A stretch of DNA of 62,852 nt from Bacilli bacterium (GCA_016295795.1 JAEDKN010000004.1:1-62852), one strand, 5' to 3'. Counted from the first letter of the stretch, positions 50,209 through 59,402 are shown. The notes: generated from the sequence alone by a model not told the origin. Numbers and translations: made by a program.

Positions 50209-50310
50209 ATTATCACCCTACTCATATAGAAAAATTATACTATAACTTTTTAAATTTCACAATTAAAAATACAAAGAAAAGAACTAAAAATAGTTAGTAT
50301 AAGCTTATTA

Positions 50311-50345
50311 AAAAACAAACTCGTAATTAAACGAGTTTGTTTTTC
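50311..50345. terminator. Bidirectional intrinsic terminator
   Basis: aaacaaactcg-8 nt-cgagtttgttt (50313-50342) flanked by an A-run and a T-run. Confidence 0.7.
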
Positions 50346-50358
50346 TACTCTTATTTAT

Positions 50359-51117
50359 CTATTTATCAAAACCTGGTAATATTAGTTGTTTCACAACTGG
50401 TTCTTGAAAATTGGGATTTTCAAATGACTTACTACTTGGCAAAATTATCTTTTTTTCTACTTCTTCTTCTTTTTTCACTTTTTTATTTATATGATCTTGC
50501 AAATCAAGCGTTGCTCTAAAAAGTTCTCTATACAAATGGTATTTAGAAAAGTCATCTTTTATAGCATTTCCATAATATAAAAGTTCTCCATCATTATCTC
50601 CTTCTATACCTTTTTTTACATGTTCAAGAATTCTTTTATACTCCCTAATCTGCCATAAAAGACTACGTGTTTTAAAATATTGATCTTTCATATACAATTT
50701 ATATAATTCTTCATTATCAAACAATTCATCAAAAATTCTTTCAACTTCAGCTTCTTTAACCCTGTCATCTTTAACATACTTTTCTGAATTTTTAATTATC
50801 TCTTCTCTACCAAACGTAGGAGAAATTTTATTTACGTAACCTTTTGTATTATATCCAACAAACATATCATAAATTGGATCATAAAATTTTAAATTCCTTA
50901 AAAATTCAATTGAATCTTCATAACTATTAGTCATGTCGTCAATGTCTCTTAAAGACATTTTCTTATTATATTTGATAATTCCTTGAAAACCAGCTACCGT
51001 ATATTTATTAAAAACATAATTGCCACTTTCACCTTTTTTAAAATATATAGCGTCATAAATTCTTCCACATTCGTTATAGTTTCCTTTTCTAGAACAAACT
51101 AATACAAACTTTTTCAT
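50359..51117 (-). CDS. Hypothetical 252-aa protein
   Basis: GGGGG RBS, dedicated consensus promoter and terminator. No domain recognised. C-terminus '...QLILPGFDK'. Confidence 0.6.
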   Translation of the reverse strand: MKKFVLVCSRKGNYNECGRIYDAIYFKKGESGNYVFNKYTVAGFQGIIKYNKKMSLRDIDDMTNSYEDSIEFLRNLKFYDPIYDMFVGYNTKGYVNKISPTFGREEIIKNSEKYVKDDRVKEAEVERIFDELFDNEELYKLYMKDQYFKTRSLLWQIREYKRILEHVKKGIEGDNDGELLYYGNAIKDDFSKYHLYRELFRATLDLQDHINKKVKKEEEVEKKIILPSSKSFENPNFQEPVVKQLILPGFDK

Positions 51118-51208
51118 ATAACCCCCAAAAGCATAAAAAATCTCATTGTAACTTGAGACTAGTGAAGTGCTATATCAAACTGCATACCCATAGTTAAACA
51201 ACGAGGAC

Positions 51209-51237
51209 ATTATACCACAAATTCGCAAAAAAGTCAA
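51209..51237 (-). promoter_or_regulatory. Sigma-A promoter for the 252-aa hypothetical gene
   Basis: Minus strand reads TTGACT-17 nt-TATAAT with TG at the extended -10 position. Leaves a leader of about 85 nt. Confidence 0.65.
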
Positions 51238-51244
51238 AAATCGC

Positions 51245-52129
51245 CTAATAAGCGATTCCTTTCATACTAATATAATTTGAAACATTATCTAAAATAACCA
51301 TCTTGACTTGATTATCATAATTTCCTGAAATCATATACCAAACGTCATCAATATTAACAGCTATACCTATATGTGAGTTGTCATTAATAAGTACTAAATC
51401 TCCGTTTTTCAAAGATGATCTATTAGTATATAATCTATTATTATTCTTAGCCCATTCCATATACGAAGAAACATCATCTAAATCATCAATACCATAATTT
51501 CCTAAGTTTATAGATGCTACTGTAGCAGACCAATTTATAAATGTTGAATCCCAAACATTACCACTATTTCCAAATTTTTGATAATTATTAATACCAGGGT
51601 TTAATGTACAATCATCTGTATTTGAATCAGTTGCTTTTTCAACATATCCAACTTGGGTACATGCTGCATCAACCATATCAATTCCAACTATACATTTTAG
51701 GTTTTTATTACAAATGCTTCCAACTTGTAAATCTTTATTTAATTCCTTTTCTTCTTTTACTACTGCATATAAAATAATGTCTTTACTGACTTCTACTTTT
51801 TGCCCTACCTCATATTTAACATCATCTAAATTTTCTGAGAGTGACCATCCGGCAACTTCATATCCAACAGGTGCTTCAATAGAAGGTGTTATTACGAAAC
51901 AAGAACTTCCAGATGCATAACATTTGCTTGAAGAACTTCCAATACTTTTGGCGTTTCCTATTTCATATTTAACAGTAAGCGTGGTATTCAATGCATTCTT
52001 AGCTTCAGAAGTAATTTTCTCTTCACCATTATCTTTGTAAACAAAAATGGTTATAAATAAAGCTGTTCCAATACAAACAATAGCTAGAACTAATAAAATT
52101 ATTATAATTATTTTGTTTTTAGATTTCAT
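51245..52129 (-). CDS. Membrane-anchored protein with Listeria-Bacteroides (Flg_new) repeat and CHAP/amidase-like C-terminal domain lacking the catalytic Cys
   Basis: TM 'IIIIILLVLAIVCIGTALFITIF'. 'PVGYEVAGWSLSEN...ILYAVV' repeat. C-terminus 'GYVEK...NVWDSTFINWS...YMEWAK...GDLVLINDNSHIGIAV...ISGNYDNQV'. Confidence 0.65.
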   Translation of the reverse strand: MKSKNKIIIIILLVLAIVCIGTALFITIFVYKDNGEEKITSEAKNALNTTLTVKYEIGNAKSIGSSSSKCYASGSSCFVITPSIEAPVGYEVAGWSLSENLDDVKYEVGQKVEVSKDIILYAVVKEEKELNKDLQVGSICNKNLKCIVGIDMVDAACTQVGYVEKATDSNTDDCTLNPGINNYQKFGNSGNVWDSTFINWSATVASINLGNYGIDDLDDVSSYMEWAKNNNRLYTNRSSLKNGDLVLINDNSHIGIAVNIDDVWYMISGNYDNQVKMVILDNVSNYISMKGIAY

Positions 52130-52203
52130 AACTTGTTCTCCCATATTCTATAAACTAATATTAGTTTATTTATAATTTTTTGTCAATAAATATGGAAATA
52201 TCT

Positions 52204-54381
52204 TTAAAAATTATTTGGATTAATGTCAATATCTATCTTTATGTTTCTATTGTTCTTATAGTGATCAATTAATAATTTTAAAATCTCATCTATATGTTCC
52301 TCTTTTTTATATTTTATAATGATTCCAAATCTATATAGTCCGTTTAATTTAAATACACTACACGTAGTTGGCCCTAAAATCTGACTATTTTTTAACAAAT
52401 TCTTTAACTTATAAGCAATCTTATTTGCTTCATTTCTTATGATGTCATAATCCTTACCAATTACTTTTATCTGAACTAAGTAATAATAAGGAGGATATGA
52501 TAATTCTCTTCTTATAGACATCTCTTTTTTAAAAAATCCTAAATAATCATGCTCTTTTGCGAATTTTATTGCATAATGTTCGGGATTGAACGTTTGAATC
52601 ACAACTCTTCCTTCTTTTTCTCCTCTGCCACTTCTACCAGCTGTTTGCATAAGAAGTTGAAATGTATATTCACTACTGCGATAATTAGGTATCATCAAAG
52701 AAGTATCTGCATTTATAACACCAACTAAAGTAACTCTCGAAAAATCAAGTCCTTTTGCAATCATTTGGGTACCCAATAGAATATCGTATTTATAATCTTT
52801 AAAATCATTTATAATCGATTCATGCGAACCTTTCTTTACAGTTGTATCCAAATCCATTCTTACTATTCTAGCATTAAATAGTTTTTTTAATTCTTCTTCT
52901 ACTTTTTCGGTACCTGTTCCCAAACTTTTCATAGATTTCTCTTTACACTTTGGACAAACCTCTTGCATTTTATCACCATAACCACAATAGTGACACCTTA
53001 AAGTATTTGATGATTTATGATATGTTAATGTGATATCACAATGAGGACATTTAATAGTATGCCCACAGTTAGAACATGTAACAAAAGATGCATATCCTCT
53101 TCTATTAAGAAGAAGTATAACTTGTTCTTTCTTTTCTAATCTCAAATTTATCTCATTAATTAGCTTATCAGAGAAAATCGCACCACGACGACGTTCTTTA
53201 TTCATGTCTATTATTTCAACTTTTGGTAAAACCTTATCATTAAATCTAGTTTTTAGTTCTATTCTTTGATAAAGTCCTTTTATAGATTTTGCATATGATT
53301 CTAAAGAAGGAGTTGCACTTCCCAAAATGACTCTACAATTATGAAATTTACTTCTTTCTATAGCAATGTCTATAGCACTATATTTAGGATTATTATCTTG
53401 CTTATATGAGGTTGTGTGTTCTTCATCTATTATTATTACCCCTATATTCTTAAATGGCGCAAAAACTGCACTTCTAGCACCAACTACTATATGTACTTTT
53501 CCACTTGAAATCTTTCGATATTCATCATATTTTTCTCCTTCGCTTAACCTACTATGTAAAACAGCGACTTCATCACCAAACCTAGATTTAAAACTATATA
53601 CCATTTGTGGAGTAAGTGAAATTTCAGGAACTAAAAATATACTGTCCTTTCCTTGCTTTAACATCTCCTCAACTATCTCAATATAAACAATAGTTTTACC
53701 AGAACCAGTTACTCCATGTAATAAAAAAGTTTTAGGTAAAAACTTGGTATTTAAAATTTCCTCTTTCGCTTCTCTTTGAGAAGGAGTAAGAGTAAATGGT
53801 TCTTGTTTTATTACATCTATTTCTTTAAGTCTATACTCTTCTACTTCTTTTTCTTTAAGAATACCTTTTTTCAAAAGAGTCTTAACACTAGAAGCAGAAA
53901 TTTTGTTTAATTCATCTTTCCTTATTTGTATTTTGTTTTTTAAAAGATCAATTATCTTACTTTGAGTTGAATTTAAAATCTGATCATCTAATTTTATTTC
54001 ATCTGATATTTCTATTATTTTTATAAATTTCTTATTTATTGTAGTTCTATTTTGTGCTTTCAGTGCTTTGGGCAACATAGTTTGATACGAAGAAATAAGC
54101 GTAGAAAAATATTTCTCACTCATGAACTTACCTAGTTCTAATAATTCTTCATTTAAAATAACTTCATTATCAATAACATCTATTATCTGTTTTAATTCAT
54201 AATCCGAATCTAAAGAATCATTTATTATTTCTAAAACGAATCCTTCTAATTCTCTGGTGGCAAAAGGAACCTTTACCCTTATGCCAACTTTTATTTTATT
54301 TTCTAATTCAAAAGGCACAAAATAGTCAAAAGTTTTGTCTACATTAATATTTGAAATTTCTACTAAAACTCTTGCTACCAT
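52204..54381 (-). CDS. priA: Primosomal protein N' (PriA helicase)
   Basis: Walker A 'GVTGSGKT', 'IIIDEEH', Cys-rich zinc region 'CSNCGHTIKCPHCDITLTYH...CHYCGY...CPKC', 725 aa. Confidence 0.95.
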   Translation of the reverse strand: MVARVLVEISNINVDKTFDYFVPFELENKIKVGIRVKVPFATRELEGFVLEIINDSLDSDYELKQIIDVIDNEVILNEELLELGKFMSEKYFSTLISSYQTMLPKALKAQNRTTINKKFIKIIEISDEIKLDDQILNSTQSKIIDLLKNKIQIRKDELNKISASSVKTLLKKGILKEKEVEEYRLKEIDVIKQEPFTLTPSQREAKEEILNTKFLPKTFLLHGVTGSGKTIVYIEIVEEMLKQGKDSIFLVPEISLTPQMVYSFKSRFGDEVAVLHSRLSEGEKYDEYRKISSGKVHIVVGARSAVFAPFKNIGVIIIDEEHTTSYKQDNNPKYSAIDIAIERSKFHNCRVILGSATPSLESYAKSIKGLYQRIELKTRFNDKVLPKVEIIDMNKERRRGAIFSDKLINEINLRLEKKEQVILLLNRRGYASFVTCSNCGHTIKCPHCDITLTYHKSSNTLRCHYCGYGDKMQEVCPKCKEKSMKSLGTGTEKVEEELKKLFNARIVRMDLDTTVKKGSHESIINDFKDYKYDILLGTQMIAKGLDFSRVTLVGVINADTSLMIPNYRSSEYTFQLLMQTAGRSGRGEKEGRVVIQTFNPEHYAIKFAKEHDYLGFFKKEMSIRRELSYPPYYYLVQIKVIGKDYDIIRNEANKIAYKLKNLLKNSQILGPTTCSVFKLNGLYRFGIIIKYKKEEHIDEILKLLIDHYKNNRNIKIDIDINPNNF

Positions 54382-54392
54382 AGTGCCTCCAT

Positions 54393-55298
54393 TTATTTAT
54401 CTTTTTCTTTTTTTAAAAGTTTAATATTTTCTATACTAGATTTTATATTATCTTTCATAGAATCATCTAAAATTTTAAATGTAAAATATTTATCTATCAA
54501 ATTAATAGTCAATTCTTCATCCCTTAATATTTCCATATTAATAGTATCACTATTCTCATTTTCCATCAAATAACAAAATCTTTTATCCTGTTTGTTAACA
54601 TTACCCTTAGAATTCAAATAATTAATATATAGATAAGAATCTTTAGAGATTTCGTCCATCAACGAATTAAAACCATCAATATCATATATTGATAAATCAT
54701 ATATAAAATCAAACAATTCAGAATAAGAATAAGCCTTTCTACTTAATTCATCTACCTCTTCTGAATTCTGGTAAAAAGAATTGTACATATTTTCTAAAAC
54801 ATCTCCTGTTATATCATAACAACAATCTAATTTATCTAAAATATATATAGGAGATATCTTAGATAAATAAGAATCATAACAAGAAAAGTCAAAAAGCAAA
54901 GAACGCTTTTCAAGAAATTTTGACGAATCAAAACAACAATTCTTATCTAAAAGAGAAATCAAAAAAACAGGATTATCTGTTGCGAAAGCTATAACATCAT
55001 CAATATTAGTTATATCAGAAAGCTCTTCCTCATCATAAAAGAAACAAGAAGAATCATCTTCGCAATAATCAATATATTCCCTTTCATCATCATTTTCAAT
55101 ACTATCCAAGAGATTTTCTAAATAAAAAACAGGATATAAAGACATTAAAATAGTTTTATAAAGTGAAAAATTATTTTCTTCCAAATCATCCATATACTCC
55201 AAATATTCTATATATCCCTTATTACTTCTTTCGCTTGCAAATTCCTCAATTAAACCTCTTCTTATTTCTTGGTTGATATTATAAACTTCAAAAACCAC
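54393..55298 (-). CDS. Acidic 301-aa hypothetical protein, paralog A
   Basis: GTG start. Homologous to 58400-59305 (shared 'EV.N.N..IR', 'YPVFY', 'LEKR', 'YLS.IS..Y.LDK...C.DIT', 'MDEI..DSY.Y'). 11 nt upstream of priA. Confidence 0.65.
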   Translation of the reverse strand: MVFEVYNINQEIRRGLIEEFASERSNKGYIEYLEYMDDLEENNFSLYKTILMSLYPVFYLENLLDSIENDDEREYIDYCEDDSSCFFYDEEELSDITNIDDVIAFATDNPVFLISLLDKNCCFDSSKFLEKRSLLFDFSCYDSYLSKISPIYILDKLDCCYDITGDVLENMYNSFYQNSEEVDELSRKAYSYSELFDFIYDLSIYDIDGFNSLMDEISKDSYLYINYLNSKGNVNKQDKRFCYLMENENSDTINMEILRDEELTINLIDKYFTFKILDDSMKDNIKSSIENIKLLKKEKDK

Positions 55299-55354
55299 TT
55301 ACTACCACCACTTTAATCTAATAATAACAAATAAACAGCCATTGCACAAGAAAA

Positions 55355-55383
55355 TTGACTAATATTAAAAAAAATGTTATAAT
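55355..55383 (+). promoter_or_regulatory. Consensus sigma-A promoter for the 55410-58408 operon
   Basis: TTGACT-17 nt-TATAAT with TGt extended -10. Confidence 0.7.
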
Positions 55384-55409
55384 ATGTGCCATTAAAAGGG
55401 GCTGTTGAA

Positions 55410-56417
55410 ATGTTAAACGAAATAATATCTTTATTTTCAGATAAAGAAGGATATATAACAGATATAGAAAATGTTATATTATATTTAAAAAATAAGCAAT
55501 TAGAAAACAAAACAATTATTTTATACTTAATAGAAATATATAATTATAATCGTAAAGTATATAAAACTTTAAATGAAAAAAACGATCTAGCTACTAAACT
55601 TAAAAATGCTCAATCTTCTTCAGAAGTATCAAAATCTAAAATAAATTCAAAAGAAAAATCGAATAATACAGCAAAAACAAATATTATAGAAATAAATATA
55701 GATCATTATATTTCTTTATTATCAAATATGAAACCAAACCAAGATTTAACAGCTTTGCTTCCTAAACATACGGATAACAATTTTGATTTTGTTATAAACA
55801 AATTATTACTTCACTACATTAAAAATGAAGTTATACTAACTCAAATGCTAGAAGAAACAGATAAAACTGACAAAGAATTAATTTCATATATAAATAACGA
55901 AATTATAGAAAATAAAAAATTGATTAATGCTATTATAGATTATCGTGATTCTGGAATTAAAGATAATGTAGAAAGTGATAATTGTAATAAAATTACACTA
56001 ATATTTACAGATGACATAATTGATGATTTTGATAAAAATTCAATACCAAGAGAACTATATGGAGATTTTTCTCTTTTGTTAGAGTCTTTAAAAAATGGCA
56101 ATCCTAAAAATGCAAAATCATTCAAACCAGGAGATGGTGATTACACAATATATGAAGTAAAACATAATAAAGCCAGAATATTATTTGATATAGTAAACAA
56201 CAATACTTATTGCTTATATTTTGCATTTATAAAAGATGGTAATGACTTATATTATCATAATACATTAGTAAAAAGGTCTACAGAATATTATGAAAACAAA
56301 AATCTATTATTAAAAGATTTCTACTCTGATAAAGATAGAGAAAATTTTATAAGTGAACAGAAAACTTTAGAAAATAATATATCAAAAAAGTTAGTTAATT
56401 CAGTTAAGGGGTTGTAA
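55410..56417 (+). CDS. Hypothetical protein with helical N-terminal region and RelE/Gp49(HigB)-like C-terminal segment
   Basis: ATG at 55410 after AAAGGGG. C-terminus 'KSFKPGDGDYTIYEVKHNKARILFDIVNNNTYCLYFAFIKDG' fits the Gp49/RelE-fold pattern (yE.r....~RIl%....~~~.l..aF.K). Confidence 0.65.
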   Translation: MLNEIISLFSDKEGYITDIENVILYLKNKQLENKTIILYLIEIYNYNRKVYKTLNEKNDLATKLKNAQSSSEVSKSKINSKEKSNNTAKTNIIEINIDHYISLLSNMKPNQDLTALLPKHTDNNFDFVINKLLLHYIKNEVILTQMLEETDKTDKELISYINNEIIENKKLINAIIDYRDSGIKDNVESDNCNKITLIFTDDIIDDFDKNSIPRELYGDFSLLLESLKNGNPKNAKSFKPGDGDYTIYEVKHNKARILFDIVNNNTYCLYFAFIKDGNDLYYHNTLVKRSTEYYENKNLLLKDFYSDKDRENFISEQKTLENNISKKLVNSVKGL

Positions 56418-56419
56418 TA

Positions 56420-58408
56420 ATGGAAACACTAATAAAATCCATAGAAGAAATAAAAGAACAATTAATAGAAGAAAAAGAAAATTATAATAAAAAAGAGCTT
56501 GAATTCTTTGAAAGAAACATAAATATATTTAAAAGAAATAGTATTTTTAATATAGAATATATTCTACCTACTGATATTATACTAGCATCTATAAGATCAC
56601 TTAAGAGTAATGATTCATTTGAAGAAGACTTAAAAAAAGTTACATATATAGGTAATATAGACAACCAATCTGCTGATGATATTACAGTTCTATTTGAAAT
56701 GTTAAATCGTTTTTTGGATAAAGATGCTCTTGATGAATTAAAAAAAGAACGTCCAAATAATATCAGACTTCGTGATTTGGATTTATTAGATGCACATAAT
56801 CTTTTTATAAAAGCAATAGAAATATTCTTTAGTAGAGATAGAAAAAGTATAGATACATTAGTAGATTTATATGAAAAATATGACAAATTAGATGTATTTG
56901 CAAATTTAATACTATTTAATGATTACAAAGAAATAATAGATGAATATGATGAGTTTCAAATATTAAAAAGATCAAAAAGCTCCAAAAATTCATTAATGCT
57001 TGCAAAACATAGTATAGAAGATTTAAGTTATGCAGATCAATTATTTGAAATGTTTGATAATTTTTCTATTTATTATAATGACTTAAAAGCAAAAACTAAA
57101 CTTTACCAATCAGAACTAAATAAAAAAATAAACTCTTATGAAAAAGTGTTAAATTTTATTAAATATTATAATTTTTCATCTAAACTACCTATAGAAGCAT
57201 TATCAAATATAGATGGAAAAATCGCTATAGAAGTTTTAATAGAAACATTAGAAAAAGATAAAAGCGAATATTTAACTCTTAAAAAAGAATATGAAGCTAA
57301 CTCTTTAAATGAAATAGATGATTTAGATAGATTACTTCTTCAATACGGAATTAACTATTTTACAAATATCCAAAAACAAGAACTTTTATCTAAAAACAGT
57401 ATTGAAAATATAGAAGGTATTTTAGATTCTTTGATGAATTCAAAGTTAAATTTTATATCAAGTGATGATAATCTTATGTTAAATACTTTGTTATTTTCTT
57501 CTGAATCAATAATACAAAAGATAAATGCCCTAATAGAATCTAATCTAATACCATTATCATTTATAGAAAAGAATCTTGGAATATTATTTGATGAAGAAAA
57601 TTCAGAAACTTTGATAGATACAGAAATACAACCGAAATATAGATTGTTTTCTAGAAATTTAGAAACAATTCAAGGATATAATATAAATGTAGCTAATATT
57701 AAAAAATTCAATATTACACTATTAGTAGAAGATAATAATACTCTTGAACAGAACCTAGCCTTAGCATCAATTTATATGCTTAATTTATCAGATTCACGAT
57801 TAGACAATTTTGCTTTATTAGAAGATGAGTCGATTTTTTACACACTAGATCAACTAATAGAATTAGGCAATAAAAATATTTCTTTTGAATATTTAAAGGC
57901 TTTAAGAAAAAATGATAAAAATTTTGCAAAAAGATGTATTCTTGCAAATTACCTATCAATACCAATAATTGATAATAACGGTTATATTAATCCAACAGTA
58001 GCAAACAAAAATAAATTTTACGTTTCTGATAGTGATATAGATAAATATATATTAAATAATACACAAAATCACATATCACCAGAACATTATTCATATTTAG
58101 AGGAAAACAGTAATAATAAAATTGATGATTCGGTATTAAAAGATTCAGCTATATTATTTTTAGATTCAAATTATAAAATTGACGAATTAGCATATAACAT
58201 ATCAGGAGTAAGAATTTCTAGAAATAGAGTTTTAAGAAACTTAACTTCATTAAAAACTGCATTCAATTCTAGTGATTCAGAAATAAACTTACTTGATTCA
58301 GCACTATTATATAACTCAATACTATCAGAAGAAAAAATTCAAACATTACTAGAAGAAACTTCTAAATTTGAAAGTTTATCAAAAGAAAAGAAACAAAGAT
58401 TAATTTAA
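56420..58408 (+). CDS. Hypothetical 662-aa all-helical (repeat-like) protein
   Basis: ATG 2 nt after the upstream stop, AAGGGG RBS. No enzymatic motif. Periodic leucine-rich helical segments of about 30 aa. Confidence 0.65.
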   Translation: METLIKSIEEIKEQLIEEKENYNKKELEFFERNINIFKRNSIFNIEYILPTDIILASIRSLKSNDSFEEDLKKVTYIGNIDNQSADDITVLFEMLNRFLDKDALDELKKERPNNIRLRDLDLLDAHNLFIKAIEIFFSRDRKSIDTLVDLYEKYDKLDVFANLILFNDYKEIIDEYDEFQILKRSKSSKNSLMLAKHSIEDLSYADQLFEMFDNFSIYYNDLKAKTKLYQSELNKKINSYEKVLNFIKYYNFSSKLPIEALSNIDGKIAIEVLIETLEKDKSEYLTLKKEYEANSLNEIDDLDRLLLQYGINYFTNIQKQELLSKNSIENIEGILDSLMNSKLNFISSDDNLMLNTLLFSSESIIQKINALIESNLIPLSFIEKNLGILFDEENSETLIDTEIQPKYRLFSRNLETIQGYNINVANIKKFNITLLVEDNNTLEQNLALASIYMLNLSDSRLDNFALLEDESIFYTLDQLIELGNKNISFEYLKALRKNDKNFAKRCILANYLSIPIIDNNGYINPTVANKNKFYVSDSDIDKYILNNTQNHISPEHYSYLEENSNNKIDDSVLKDSAILFLDSNYKIDELAYNISGVRISRNRVLRNLTSLKTAFNSSDSEINLLDSALLYNSILSEEKIQTLLEETSKFESLSKEKKQRLI

Positions 58409-59305
58409 ATCTTGTTTCTTTTTTCGTAAAATCTTACTTCCTAAGTGATTTTCATTTGAATAATTATCAACCTTATTCTTATATTCATTAGTCGAATTAG
58501 AATAGTCAAAAAATTCTATAGTTAATTCAGTTAAGAAGTACATATCATCTTGTAGTGTATGTTCTAAATTTTCCTCAAAATTAGAGTTTTCAATTGAAGT
58601 TAATAATTTACTTTGTTCAATCGATAAATCTTCAATAGATGATTTATATCTTAAATATTTATAGGAATCAAATAAAATTTCATCCATTAAATTTGAATAA
58701 TCCATATAATCAAGATATGATAAATCAGATAAAAATTCAACCATTGCACTAATAGTTTCCATCTCAATATCTTCTGGATTTTCATAATACAAAGCTATAT
58801 TAGCGTAATACACCCAATATAAATTGAAAAGTTCTTCTTTTGTTATATCAAAGCAAAATTCCATTTTATCTAATAAATACAATTTAGATATATTGGATAA
58901 ATACTTATCATCACAACCTCTCTCTTTTAGCATTGCGCGTTTTTCCAAAAGAGGTGATTTCATAAAAAGAAGATTATTTCTAAAAATATCAGCTAAAATA
59001 TTCGGTTCTTCCATAATTAAAAAAGACACATCTTCAATCGATGAAGCATTTTCTAGTTCACTAGACACATCAAAAGTATCAAATTCTTCATCTTCGTTAA
59101 GATCACTAGCATAATATTTATCTACAACATAAAAAACTGGATACATGACTTTTAATATTTTAATATATTTATCATAATCTAATTTTTCTAATTCTTGCAT
59201 ATAATAAATAAATGCCATCTCATAATTAGAGCTATAATTACTCAAAAAATATTTAACAATGTCATATCTTATAGAATCATTCACATTAAATACTTCTACT
59301 TTCAT
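58400..59305 (-). CDS. Acidic 301-aa hypothetical protein, paralog B
   Basis: ATG after AAAGAGG. Homolog of 54393-55298 with identical length. Its 3' end overlaps the convergent 662-aa gene by 9 nt. Confidence 0.65.
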   Translation of the reverse strand: MKVEVFNVNDSIRYDIVKYFLSNYSSNYEMAFIYYMQELEKLDYDKYIKILKVMYPVFYVVDKYYASDLNEDEEFDTFDVSSELENASSIEDVSFLIMEEPNILADIFRNNLLFMKSPLLEKRAMLKERGCDDKYLSNISKLYLLDKMEFCFDITKEELFNLYWVYYANIALYYENPEDIEMETISAMVEFLSDLSYLDYMDYSNLMDEILFDSYKYLRYKSSIEDLSIEQSKLLTSIENSNFEENLEHTLQDDMYFLTELTIEFFDYSNSTNEYKNKVDNYSNENHLGSKILRKKKQDLN

Positions 59306-59328
59306 ACTCGTGCCTCTTTCTGAGTAAT

Positions 59329-59357
59329 ATTATACTTTTGTAGAAAAGCCATGTCAA
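59329..59357 (-). promoter_or_regulatory. Consensus sigma-A promoter for paralog B
   Basis: Minus strand reads TTGACA-17 nt-TATAAT. Confidence 0.7.
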
Positions 59358-59374
59358 TTTTTTAATTAGATTTC

Positions 59375-59400
59375 AAAAAAAATAGAACTTTGTGTTCTAT
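59375..59400 (-). terminator. tsf terminator
   Basis: atagaac-5 nt-gttctat hairpin just after the tsf stop, followed on the minus strand by T8. Confidence 0.65.
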
Positions 59401-59402
59401 TT

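Noticed and set aside
55313-55510. 65-aa minus-strand ORF spanning the divergent promoter region of the four-gene cassette
   Set aside because: It overlaps the consensus promoter, RBS and start of the plus-strand gene, has no RBS of its own, and has low-complexity hydrophobic composition.
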